Assembly (NCBI GenBank): GCA_013265495.1
Contig: MU059756.1
Span: forward strand, 310,001 to 374,000
Length of the DNA: 64,000 nucleotides
From: Vicugna vicugna
Taxonomy: Eukaryota
Direction: 5' to 3'
Every line of letters starts with the position of its first letter. Position 1 is the first letter of the stretch. A program made the position numbers and the translations under genes. The notes below the pieces were generated by a model. The model searched no databases. It saw only the letters and a list, made by a program, of their open reading frames with translations, and was not told where the DNA came from. This document shows, one piece after another, positions 23,790-35,735 of the stretch.

Positions 23790-23910
23790 GCAAACCCTCA
23801 TATTCACTTATGTTACTTAGGGTGTATGCACTCTATAAATTTTTTAATATCTGGAAAATTCTGAATTTTAAAACATGTCTGGCCCCAAGGCTTTCCAGTC
23901 AGCCTCTGTG
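23790..23910. mobile_element. TcMar-Tigger-like MITE fragment
   Basis: CTGGAAAATTCTGAATTTTAAAACATGTCTGGCCCCAAGG resembles a Tigger-type terminal region. A related reverse segment lies at 25135-25180. Confidence 0.4.
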
Positions 23911-24077
23911 TGGACCTGTATGTAGTAAGATTACTTTAAACAGTCAGTAAGACTCTTTGAACCAGGATTCAGGATATTTTTTTTGACACAATTGTTAAAT
24001 ATAAAATAAAAGCAATGTTTGGTTGAACAATGAGTCAACATGTTTACCGAGACACGGTATCTCATTTTTCCTTAAGG

Positions 24078-24480
24078 TCTTTCATTCATTCAACCAACAT
24101 TTCAAAAAGTCCCCAGTATGTGCCAGATACTGTGTTAAACAAATAGGTCCAACATTCCTGCTTCTCAAACCTTATAGCCTGGGAGAGTGTGTGTGTGTGT
24201 GTGTGTATGTGTATGAGAGATAGAGAGAGAGAGAGACTTAAAAACAGACACATTTTAATATGTCCTGCTGGTTGCTGTGATTATCCCAAGCTGGGAGAAG
24301 TCTTGGTTGAAGGCTAAGAAGTCAAGTTTTAAGCTGAAGTTAAGGCGCGGGGTTCAGGAGAAGGCAAGGGTGTGGTGGAGAGAAGGTGGAAGTGGTTGGG
24401 GAAAAGCTGAAGCAGCACAGTACAGTGGTGCTTCCTTCCGACTGACAGGACCAGTCTGCGGATTGCTTTTCCCTAGGAGT
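24078..24480 (-). mobile_element. L2 3' region interrupted by a microsatellite
   Basis: TTCATTCATTCAACCAACATTT...GTATGTGCCAGATACTGTG is a reverse L2 tail. Confidence 0.65.
24187..24236. repeat. Compound (GT)10...(GA)n microsatellite
   Basis: Direct reading. Confidence 0.95.
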
Positions 24481-24546
24481 GATGTTCTGAACCTCAGAAT
24501 AATTAGGTAAGATTCTGCCAATGGTGCTGTTCTGTCTCCCTTTTTG

Positions 24547-24726
24547 TTTTGGTTTGTTTTTGTTTTAAAGAAAGTACTTATTTATTTATTGCTTTTGTTT
24601 TGTTTTGGGGGAGGTAAGTAGGCTTATTTATTTACTGATTTATTTTTAATGGAGGTGCTGGGGATTGCACCCAGAACCTGGTACATGCTAAGCATGTGCT
24701 CTACCACAGAGCTATACCCTCCCCCC
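24547..24726 (-). mobile_element. tRNA-derived SINE, camelid Vic-1-like
   Basis: Same family as 4570-4700 (minus strand GGGGGAGGGTATAGCTCTGTGGTAGAGCACATGCTTAGCATGTACC...). Exact 10-bp TSD TCCCTTTTTG at 24537-24546 and 24728-24737. Confidence 0.9.
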
Positions 24727-24819
24727 ATCCCTTTTTGATATGCGCAACTAAAGCATCTTTTGTGAATGTTTTCCCCACTCACACACAGCCCTATGCATAT
24801 GACAGAGTTCTTTCTTCAA

Positions 24820-24878
24820 TCTCCTCCCTCCCTCCCTTCCCTCCTTCCTCTCCTTCCTTCCTCCCTTCCCTCTCTTCC
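24820..24878. repeat. 59-nt pure polypyrimidine tract (CCCT/CCTT)
   Basis: Only C and T from 24820 to 24878. Confidence 0.95.
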
Positions 24879-25124
24879 ACTCCTTATGAACATAGAACTG
24901 TGTATAATTTATGTAGCTGTGGTGATTCTTGCTCCTGATCTTGTTTCACCTGTAAGGCCGAAGTGAAACTGAGGCCTTTTAGAAATAAACACACCAACAA
25001 CACCAGCTCAGTTTCAGGCACATGCTTTTAAAATGTTCGTTGAATAAAAGAGCTTAGGTAAAAATTAAAAACTGTTTCTAAATTCTTGTTGGCAGCCTAA
25101 AGTAATCTTACCATGCATGGATCC

Positions 25125-25385
25125 ATGGATACTTACCTGAAACTCTTGGGGTCAAACACATTTCAGAATTTTTCAGGTTTTAAGGGGTTAACACAGTGCA
25201 TATAACATATGTTAGGTGACATCTCCGTTAGCAACGCCCTCTATTCAAAGGCTTAATGTTATATGGATGTTTGCATTGGATAAATAAAGACAACACGTAG
25301 CTTCAAGTGACTTCATGTCTGGTTTTGTTATGAATTGAGTTTTCACCAGGCTTATATACTTTTGGAATTTTGGAGTTGTGTTTAA
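25125..25385. mobile_element. TcMar-Tigger-like MITE
   Basis: CTCTTGGGGTCAAACACATTTCAGAATTTTTCAGG...TTTTGGAATTTTGGAGTTG resemble Tigger-type ends as I recall them. Confidence 0.4.
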
Positions 25386-28289
25386 AGAGTTGTGGACCAT
25401 CGTAGTTCTTCGCAACTATTTCTTGCTTATGCTGCTGCTAGACGTTGCCCAGTCCCCTTTAAAAAATCGCATTCCTTTGGGTCAGACAGAGTGGCCATCG
25501 ATACTATTTGTCTTCTGTTTCTTGCGGGAAATCTGTATTTCTTATATGCTCTGCAGTCAAAGAGAAAAATCAGAGGAAAATTCTTCTTCGGTCTTCCCTG
25601 TGGCTGTCTATGTTAGATCATTACCAGCTCTGTTTCTCAGTGATAAGAACACTCCTCTTGGCCACCAGGTTTCTCAGTCCCTCTGCTGGTCCCTGCTTGA
25701 AGAATACGATGTCATTGTTCACTGCTTTTAATAACCTGGGTTTCGCCTGGTACAAATGGATTCTTAAATTGAGAAGAGCGTGTCTGTTTTTCTTCCGAAC
25801 GTGTAAAAAGATTTCGAACATGAAACAGATTGTAAAGAGTAATTTACTTGTTTTAATACAGAGAGATAATGCCTTCTAATGGCTTCTTGTCTGGAAAGGG
25901 TTGTGATGCTGTGAATGGTTCCAGCCCCAACCGTTTCTGCCCTATTTCTCATGCTACACTTTCCACCCTTAACTTCTCAGTACTCTCAGGGACTCTTTCT
26001 CCCACCACCCCATCTCTGTTTCTGTTAGCTGCTACCTCTGCTTCCTGCTGCTTTTATACCAGTTATATCGACTTCTAGTTCTTAACCTTGCAGACTGGGT
26101 GTCTGTGGGCACTGACTTGGGCAGCCAAATACCAACTCTAAAAACAGTTTCCTGACAAGTACACTGACTCTTTCTCACTCCACGTCAGAGGCTTTTCTGG
26201 GATTCTGCTCACATATGCAGACACTTAAATGTCTAGTCTCATGGCTGTTTCAGAGAACTGGGGTTTCTGGACAGCTGAGAGCTGGATGTCTGAAGTGCTG
26301 CTGTTTATAGGAACATTTATATGCATGTGCATAGTTTTGCTCTGAAACCGCGGCTAGCTGTGAAATTTGAGAGAGTGAAAAGATTTCTATAAAATTCCAG
26401 GTGAGTCTTAGTTCTTTTCATGGTATGTATATAAGAAGTGTTTTTCTACATTCTTCTGTATAATAGTGAAAGATTTATTCTATGTGGATGTTTCATAGCG
26501 GACTTTAGTGAAATTTATGAATCATAACCGTATCCTGGCAATTTTACTTTAGAAATATTACGTGCTTAGAGTAGTTGAGATAACTCAATCTTTTGAAGGT
26601 TCTCTCCTTGTTACTGCCTTTCACAACTGAGGAGAGGTTTGAAAAGGGTTGTTCTCTGCGTGTGAAGAGTCTAACGTATGCTGCAGTTGGTTCCACACAA
26701 AATTGTCATTTCCTACCAGGGACTGCCCCTTTTAGTCTTAGGGTTGGCACGGAAACATTATTGCTTAAAAGCGCCACCCTATTCCTGAGTGCAGTTTGAC
26801 CAGTCTTTGTAAACAGACTTCTTCAGCCTTGTTGAAATTAGGAAAGATCGCAGCCCTCACATAACAGTTCACAGTTATTAAGCAATTGTTGTTGGCTTCC
26901 CTTTCATCTAAAATAATCATTACACGTAAGATACTAGGTTAAAAAATGCATTAATTTATACCCTTGGTACATCAAAGCACACCTGCTCGATGTTTTCTGT
27001 GAAATTCCAGTTAACACGCAGCTCCTCTGCAGATGAAGACGTGGGGTGGTAGTGTCCACGCCCAGTGCCTTGCATAATTCCTGGGCACAGAAAGAGGCGT
27101 CCACCTCACACGTGGTGAATCAGTGAATGAATGATCATTGGTATCTCCTGATTCCATCTGATGATCAGAGAAAGTGGTCAGACCGAAGTTATTTTACATC
27201 TGAGCACTTCTTGGATAGTTTAGAGAGAGAGAGGTTTTGAAACTGATGGCTTGAGATCATATGAATTTTTGGAGAATTCCCATTGCTCCCCCTGCTCCCT
27301 TCCTCTTCCCACCATGAACCGTCTAGGGTCTTCCTGGAGGCACTATTCATGTCTTCCGACTCAAAGGAAGGCCATGTCGCGTGTTTTAAGTACCACATGA
27401 AGTTTGTCCTCAGAGTAAAGCTTCCTTTGCCAAGCTCACAAATGATGGATTTTGTTTTCTTTCTGCCTGAGGGTCAAGAGAGTGGGCAGTTTTGTATTTA
27501 TCGGTCCGCATGGCCATTTCCTGCCTCCTCCTCTGCTGCCCTCTCCATGTCTTATGCAAGAAATCAGTGGGTCTGGTTGCAGTGACCTCCATGGGGTCAG
27601 ACACAATTCTGGAAGCCTTTGTGTGCTCATTTCCTTAAATAAGTGGAAGGTAAAATGTTTGAAAGCAGGGCAGCTGTGGGCTGTTCCAGAACATCAGTGT
27701 TGGTTGTTTGTTTTTCTGGATTTTAACAAAGGAGTTTTTGCCAGGAGACCTTGGCCCTCCTGCTCATACAACACCCCCACCCCAACCCCAAGTTACAAAA
27801 ATACATAACAAAAATAAAACAGAAGCCAGACCTGGGTTATCTTACCAAAACGAGACTTCTTCCTTCTTTAGACTGTACAAACAAGTGCGTTCCCCAGTTA
27901 AGTTTCAATCACTCACTCCTGATGAATTCAGTGCGAGTTTTGCTTTATCTTTAACTCATCCCACATTGCTAGTCCTTGGGGCTTAGTTCTGTTTCTTCAC
28001 TTTGTTTACCCACCAAATGGTAAGCCCATTTGGAAAAAAAGAATGGTTTACTGTTTTTCTCCCCTCTCCATGTGTTCAGCAACTAGAAAAGAAAATTTCT
28101 CTGAAATGTGTGCTGGGTAATAATAGGCAGTTTTCCTTGTGTGGTCTTAATAGCTCCATGGCTAGATTGCTCTGGAATTGAGATTCTCAAAGACAACCTC
28201 TTGATGGGGCAGAGGAAGTGCTGACTTTCTGGCCTTTGGGAGAGAAGGGCATGTAGCAATGGAGAGACAGAGTGGAGTAGTGGGAAAGA

Positions 28290-28500
28290 ACAGGGAGACC
28301 AATCTACTTGGTTTTGAATCCTGGCTCTTCCTCTTGCTAGCAGTGGACCTTGGGCAAGTCACTTAACCTCTCTGTGTCTTATCTGCATAACGGGGATGGT
28401 AGTAGTACGTATCCCATGTTATGGTGGTTAGAGAACTTCCTATTTCTAAGGCACTTAGAGTCTAACAATTGATACCTGCTATTTAAGTATTTGTTAAATA
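28290..28500 (+). mobile_element. MIR SINE
   Basis: TTTGAATCCTGGCTCT...GACCTTGGGCAAGTCACTTAACCTCTCTGTG is the MIR core. Confidence 0.8.
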
Positions 28501-29782
28501 AATTAAAAAGAACTGGAGGTGGGAAAATGCTGGAAGAGATTAGTTTCAAGAACTCCAGGAGAGGGAGTTGATTTCAGATGAGAAGAGAGAATCAACGGGG
28601 ATAAATGTGGCAGAGAAAGCAAGTGGCTAAGGATCAAAAGGTAGACAACCAGGCGACTGTTTGGAGTTCTTAAGTGGCTTCTAACTATTCAGATGTGCGA
28701 CCTTAAGCCAGTCTGTAGCCTCCCCATCTGTAAAAGGTGACAGTTGGCTGGCTAGATATTCTTTTAGGTTTGTTCCAACTCCAGAGATCTGTGGACTGAG
28801 CTTCCACTTTTAGTGATATGCTAGGAGCAGGAGCTGGACTGTGGCTTCAGGTAGGATTAAGGAAAGATGATAGTGTTCACACTGGTACCTAAGCCATTTC
28901 CTGAGCAGGAATGAGAAAAGAGTATCCTTGGGGGCAAGACTTAGACTGGGAGGCATGGAGTTGAACTGCTTCAGGAAGATAGCTGTTCACTGCTGCCTTA
29001 AGACTTTCATGTGTACTTCCCTTCCCCTCTCAAACATTTGGTTCCATTTCCTATTTTTTGACCCTTTCCCTTTTCAAGTTGCATGTGAAAGGGTCTCGTT
29101 ATTTGAAATCTCTCTACTCGGAAAGGAAGAAAGTGGTGTGCTTTAAGATGCTAGCAGCAACTTAAAGAGCAGGTGCAAATACTCCAGATGAGTTTCAGGC
29201 AAAGGGAGAATACTTAAGGGGCTGTACTGAATTCTTTCTGTCTAACTTGAGAGCATATTTTTGATATTATAGTCCATCTGCACACCATTTTCTGGTTTTT
29301 TTTTTTGAGAGTGTTTTATTCTCATATTCCCTTGGGCTTTTAAAATATTCCCATTTTACAAAGCAGCATTTGTTTCTGTTTGTTTGTTTTGTTTTTGTTT
29401 GCTTTTAGCGTTCTGACCCTGGGTTATTTGAATATAAATTTACTGTGTTTAGCCTCCAAGCCAGGGATACTCATTTCTGAGGAATAAACATGTTATTCTG
29501 GCTTAAGATAGGCAAACAGACTGTTCCCTACAGATTTTAGTATCTTTGAGAGGTGATGCTGAGGACAGTGGCCTTTGGAAGCATGGTTCAAACAGATATT
29601 CACCTTGGTTGTATTAATGTTTGTAGCAGGCTATGGTAAGCACAGTATTCTCAGATTTGAACCTAGAAAGAATTATGAAAAAAGGACAATGGGTTCAACA
29701 GGAATGGTCATTCCACCTGTAGTCTTCAAGTTTTCCTTTCTTTACTTTTCTTCATTGAAGTTTCATCCAAAATATTTTTTAA

Positions 29783-30195
29783 TCAATCAGGTTGTGCTAG
29801 GTTATGCTGCAGTAACAAACAACATTCAAATCTCAGTTGCTTAAAACAATGAAGTTTTCGTTATTGTTAGTGTTACATGTCCATTGAAGGCTGGCTTCAG
29901 GTTGCTCGTGGGCCTCACTTGTGGGTGTAGATTGATGGAGTCTTCTCCACCTGGAATGCTGCTGGTTCCCATGGTGAAAGGAAGGCAACATGGTGACTCA
30001 TGTACCACATCTTGTGGGATTTGGCCTAGAAAATAATATTATTTCTACTCATATTTTATTGGCCAGTAAATGAAAGGCAAGTCAAGTCAAATGGCCACAC
30101 CTAACTTCAAGTGGGCAGAAAAGCGTAATCTTATCGTGTTTCTGGAGGGAGGAGACTCAGAAATATTTGGTCTACAGCACGAAATGGCTGACTGT
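29783..30195 (-). mobile_element. Old MaLR LTR (MLT1 late subfamily)
   Basis: GCTAGGTTATGCTGCAGTAACAAACAACATTCAAATCTCAGTTGCTTAAAACAA...CATATTTTATTGGCCAG...ATGGCCACACCTAACTTCAAG. Confidence 0.75.
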
Positions 30196-31039
30196 ACATA
30201 AGCCAGATACTGTAATAGATGCTGCAGACACAAAAACGAAGGGAGTGTGTCCTTGTCCTAGAGAAAGTAAATTTCTGGGAAGCAGTTTTATGTAGGAATT
30301 TCAAAATATAATGATGAAGCAAAGATGGTTTAAAAACCATCTCTGTACTAAAAGAGATTATGTCTATCTCCTTTCTCACTCCTTTCCCCCAGTTTTTATA
30401 ATTATTTTCTAGAAGCTGCAAGTAGCTACGAAATAATCTTCAGAACTTAAATCTGGTTAAGAAAAATTTGCTTTACTTAATTTTATATAATGTTTAGGTC
30501 CTCCTTTGAATCATTATGAAACACACAGTTTTTGTGTTTTTGCCACGCTTTAGCAGTCTAAAAATTGAATGTGCCTAAGGAGAATAACTTCTTTATTACA
30601 TGCTGGCTGAAAACTCAGACAAAATTCCATTGAAAGCCAGTTGGTTTTCTATTTTTTTTTCCCTGTGTGTCCTTCAGCGCTGAAATTGGAAATAAACCAG
30701 CATTATGGCTTTATAACAGAAAGTGTAGCAATCCTGCACAATACACAGGCAAATTTGCCATTTAAAATATCAGACATCTGTCTGAAGTTGGTGCTGGCCT
30801 TCTAAACTGCAACTGAATGTCCAGATTGTTATTTCTTCATCCTCCTCTGGGGCCTTTTCAATGCTGGGTTCACAGCCCCGTGCTTCTTGTCTGCTTCCTA
30901 GTGGGTTATGGGTTGTTTCCTAGAGTCTAGACGTGAAATGAAAAACGATTGTGTAATCCATTTCCTGTTTGTCTCTGCGAAATTCAAAGGAAGGTCTCCA
31001 GACTTTGAGATATACCACCTCCTCCTCCTGGGTAGAAAG

Positions 31040-31270
31040 AGCAGACGTGTGGGCTCTGCAGACTCAAGTGGAGATCTTGGCCGGCCTCTTGCTACCTGGA
31101 CAACCTTGGGCAAGTGGCTGAGTCACTTTCAGGCTCAGTTTCCTTCTCAGTAAAATGAGGAACATAAGAACTGGTTCAAAGTGTTGTTGTGAGAGTTCGG
31201 TATATGGTTTACATAAAATGCCAGCGGTGTCTGACATGTAATAAGCACCCAATAAATATTCCCTGTTGGC
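31040..31270 (+). mobile_element. MIR SINE
   Basis: ACCTTGGGCAAGTGGCTGAGTC...CTCAGTTTCCTTCTCAGTAAAATGAGG...CAATAAATATT. Confidence 0.75.
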
Positions 31271-31679
31271 ACAGGGCTTACCGGTTTTCAAAGGATTTCA
31301 TCAGATATTATCTCACAGGAATAAATCGAGGAGGAAAAGGCATATAGCTGAATTGGATTTCCATTAACTTGCCAAAATAAAAAAAAGAGTTTGAATTCTC
31401 TTGGAGTCACAGTTACACTTGGCTTTGCAAAGCTCTTATTTAATTGTGACATGTGTCTGTTTTATCCTCTGTTCATGTTTCTCCTCACTCGTCATCTTGT
31501 TGGATTCCATATACAATGAGTCCTTCTAACTACTTTTCTTAACTTTTACAAATCTTTTCTCATGCTCTTTTGAGTTTTGAGTGATTACTTTCATGAGCAG
31601 TGTTAGGTTAAGGGCCGAGGGGCTGGGTGCCAATACAATAGGTAAAGAAAACAGAAACTTCAATAATTTTAATACTAAT

Positions 31680-31890
31680 GGCTAACACTAATTGAATCTG
31701 TGCCCAGCTAGTAATTAAAGCTTTCTTTTCTCATATGAAACCACAGTTAATGTTCCCTCAATAGTAAGGTAGCTTCTATTTGTGTATTACAGATGAAGAC
31801 ATTCAGGCTGGGATGGTAAGTCACTCACTCTGGGCCACATACTTAGGGTTAACAAGCGCTGTTCCTGGAATTTGAATCCAGACCCTTTGA
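31680..31890 (-). mobile_element. MIR SINE
   Basis: TTACAGATGAAGACATTCAGGCT...GGAATTTGAATCCAG is a reverse MIR. Confidence 0.6.
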
Positions 31891-33116
31891 TTTCAGAACA
31901 GCTTGTTTTTCCCTTCCAAGCTCTACTGCACAGACAAATTTGAGTTCAAAATAGGGCAGTTACGTTCCGGGCTGATGAATGCTAATGTGAACACTGCTTG
32001 AGCAGATTAATCATGGCAACTAAAAATAACAGGTATATTGTTGCCTTTTGGTACAATCTAACCTTGCTTGTCTGGGTCGCTTTAAAATATGTGTGGTGCT
32101 GCCCTGGATACCTGACAGGGACTTTTGAGACCTAGAACCCCATCCTTGGTATAACTCTTCATTTATAGCTTCAGATCGTGTGCACGTGTGGCCCCTTGTC
32201 TGCATCCACAGTGGAGGGGTTAGGAGTGAGAAGGAGTAAGAGTGCAGACGGAAAGCAGAGAAAGCAAACAGCCCGTACTTTCCCATCTGAGTGACTCTGT
32301 CATTTCTCTCACCCCTGACAACTTTCTAAGCAGATTGCCCTAGTAAGTCAGTCCAGCGGTCCTCAGTCCTTGTTTGGAATAGTGTCATTTGGCCATGGCT
32401 TGGCTGTCAGTTTTCCATTTAAAAATATTTCCCAAAGTAAATGTTAAGGCCTCGGGGATGGCTATTGATAGGGACTTTCAATTAAGAGGCTTACTTGGCT
32501 GGACACTGTTCTTAAATGATAGTGATCTTTCATGACTTAAAACTTGGTTGCTAAAATGCAGGATGTTTGGGAGCTCTTAAAAAGATCAAGTTTCTATTAC
32601 AGTTTTTTTTTAAAGTAGGCAGTAGAGGTTGGCGCATAATTTTCTGATCTAGTTTCACAGTCCTTTTGATCAACCCCAAATAAGACTGAATGTGACAGCA
32701 TCTCTCAAAGGGTTAATACCCTGGAATTTCACACTTAACAATTGGCATTATGTCCTCTGCATTCTTGAGGAATTTTCTCACTGATGTCAAAAGGTTTTGG
32801 TTTGTTATGCAAGACAGTGGTCCACTGACTTTGCATATCACATTCTCTTAATCAGACGGAAATCCCTGCATGCTAATTGGGGAAGAAAAAGAGTAGTGTA
32901 AGTGGTTCTTTGGCTGCAGATGAATTAAATGCATGAGTGCATTTAGTTAAAAAAAAATAAAGCACAACAAAACTCTTGCAAATGAGTGGATATTCTGTTA
33001 AAATGGTCGCTCCCCACATTTTTGTCGCTTTGTGTGTCTTACTACCGTGTCACTGTGATTACATTTTAGGAAACCCTTTAATATATTTATGTAGCTTATT
33101 TTTCTATTTTTCTGAC

Positions 33117-33570
33117 TGTTTGAGTTACCTTTTACTGTGTAAGAAACCATCCAAACTTACTGGCTTAAAATAACAGCAATTTGTTATTTCTCAAGATTCT
33201 CTGAGTTGACTAGCTCAGCTGGGCGGTCCTGTTCCAGGTGGTGCTGGCAGGTCATTGTATTCAGCTGGTATTGAGAGGATGGGCTTGGAGGTCCAAGAAG
33301 TCTTCTCTCCCATGTCTGGTACCTCAGTGCTTTCCCATAACATGGTGACCTCCGGGCAGTTGATCTTCCTCAGGTAGCTGGCTTCTGAGGGACAGAAAGC
33401 AGAAGTTGCTAGTCCTCTTAGCGCTAATTCCAGAACATTACTTTAACTGTATTCTGTTGGTCAAAGGAAGCTACAGAGTCAGTCTAGATTCAAGAGAGGG
33501 GAATAGACCCCACCTCTTGAAGGATGGAGAGGTCTGTGCTTAAAGGGAGGGAAGGAATTATTGGTCAAAA
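33117..33570 (-). mobile_element. MaLR LTR (MLT1G/H-like)
   Basis: ACTGTGTAAGAAACCATCCAAACTTACTGGCTTAAAATAACAGC...GCTCAGCTGGGCGGT...GTCTAGATTCAAGAGAGGGGAATAGACCCCACCTCTTGA. Confidence 0.8.
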
Positions 33571-33996
33571 CTAGGCAGGCAGAGGGGATACTGAGGGCAG
33601 AGGGCCTTGTCCTGGCTGATGGGCATGCCAAAGGCAGAGGCAGGTTTTGTCCCACTTCCTGTTTGAGGTTTCTGGGTGGAGACTGCTACGTGGAGTAACC
33701 TCATACCAACCTGGAAAGGGTGACCATTAATGTAAGAGGACTTGATGGTGAGGTCGGGTAGAAGGAGGTCTCAGGTGCACTCACAATCCTCTCTCGGCTC
33801 CTAGGTGGTGGCAGAAGGCACCAGAAGTTCTTAATTTCTTCAAGGGAAGACTCAGAAGGTAGTTGAGTTAAAAGACAGTGGGCTTATGCCAGGCGCTGGG
33901 TAGACCATGAGACGCAGAGCTGTCTCTAGCACCACTGGCGGCTGGCCAGTGGTACCCAAGGCCCTGAGCACCGGCTGTGGATGTCAGTAGCAGATT

Positions 33997-34564
33997 TGTT
34001 GCCAGAAGATTGGCCCCTGTCCCTGAGGAGACAAGAGTCTTAGAGCACAGAAGAAAAGAGACAGCTTTATTGCTCTGCTGGGCAAAGGGGACTCTCAGTG
34101 GGCTGGTGCCTTCAAAACTGTGCACCCATCTTGGGGATGGGGCAGGGTGATTATACAGCCTTAGCTCAAACAATAAAGCATTGATGACAATCAGCAGAAT
34201 TATTTTCTTCTCAAAAAGCTCAGAGTGGCATCATGGTGTCTCCAGGTGACCAATTCTATAGAGGCTAGTGGTTGTCACTCTTTCCATCTCTTTATCTTAT
34301 AAGCACCCAAGGCGTGGTCTTTTTGGTAATTCAGGGTATTTTGAAAGGTTACAGTCCCGTGACCTCCCTGGACAACGACTCAGAGACCAAGCATGATTAT
34401 TCCTTTCAATTACTGAATTAAAGCAGAAACAGTGAAATTAATAGCTTTATTTTAACAACGGGCCTGGAGCTGTGAGTATAAACTGGTCAGTCAGGTTAGT
34501 TGACTGTTTATAAGAATAAGCAGTCTGTTAGCCCAAGTGTGGCCATTTTATTAATTCTCCTTCA
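33997..34564 (-). mobile_element. ERV1-class solo LTR (cetartiodactyl type), 568 bp
   Basis: Minus strand begins TGAAGG and ends TCTGGCAACA, with a TATA-like GTATAAT and then GCAATAAAGC before the U5-like end. Flanks GATT (33993-96) and GATG (34565-68) form a 3/4 TSD. No PBS downstream. Confidence 0.75.
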
Positions 34565-34905
34565 GATGCCCATGGAACATCAAGGGGGAGAGATCTAGCC
34601 AATCTTGCTTCCGTGGTCCCCAGGCCAGGTAGCAGCCCAGACTGGCCACTCTGCAGCAGAGAGTAGCCAGGATTCAGAGGACACTACCCAATTTGTGTTT
34701 CCCACCTCCCATGTCACCATAATAATGGAGATACACACCCCTCTTCACATACCTAGCTACTATCTTGGAGGTACGCAGGAGGAGAGCAAGAAATCTCAGC
34801 ACCGGATTGTGATGCCTGAAAAGACTGAACTTAATGGAACTGTTTAATTTATTGCATTGGACTAAATATTTGCCAGATCGGTTTACAATTAGGTCTCTCC
34901 CCTTC

Positions 34906-35353
34906 CAGTAGTCTGAATAATGGTGCTCAAATGTGTTCATGTTCTAATCCTTGGAACCCCTGAATATGTTATCTTACATGGCAGAAGAACTTTGTAGGTG
35001 TGATTTAATTAAGGATCTTGAGGTGGACAGACTACCCTAGATTATCTGAGTGGCCCTGTGTAATCACAACGGTCCACGTAGGAGGAGTGAGATGGGATGC
35101 CAGAGCCAGATGTTGGAGTGACAGACTGAGGATACAGGAAAGGGCCACGAGCTAAGGAATGCAGGGAGCCTCTGGAAGCTGGAAAAGGAGAAAAAAAAAA
35201 AGCTCTTACAAAGCCTTGAAAAGGAAAGTAGCCCTGCTGGCACCTTGATAGGAGACTTCTGACCTCCAGAACTGTAAGAGGAGACACTGGGGTTGTTTCA
35301 AGCCACTGAAATTAATGTGGTAATTTGTTACAGGAGCAATAGGAAATGAAATA
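34906..35353 (+). mobile_element. MaLR LTR (MLT1D-like)
   Basis: CAGTAGTCTGAATAATGG...GTTCTAATCCTTGGAACCCCTGAATATGTTATCTTACATGGCA...GTGGTAATTTGTTACAGGAGCAATAGGAAA. Confidence 0.9.
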
Positions 35354-35464
35354 AAGTCACTTGGAAACTCTGAAGCTCCAATTTCATTATTTGTCTGGGT
35401 GCAGAACAGAGCTAGAATTAGCTTTATTCTTTTCCACATTCATTCTTCTAGTAAGATATTATTT

Positions 35465-35735
35465 TTGGGGGGTGGGAAGGGACAGACTGGGATTTCAAAT
35501 TTGTAGATACTGATAGACATATGCAGAATAGATAAACCAGATTGTACTGTATAGCACAGGGAAATATATATAAGATCTTGCGGCAGCTTTCAGCAAAAAA
35601 CATGTGACAATGAATATATGTATGTTCATGTATAACTGAAAAATTGAGCTTTACACTGGAATTTGACACAACATTGTAAAATGACTATAACTCAGTAAAA
35701 AAATGTAAAAAGGAAGAAACTTATATACCAAAAAA
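35465..35735 (+). mobile_element. 5'-truncated lineage-specific L1 3' end
   Basis: CTGTATAGCACAGGGAAATATAT...ACAACATTGTAAAATGACTATAACTCAGTAAAAAAA plus an A-rich tail. Shared flank TATTATTT on both sides. Confidence 0.85.
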
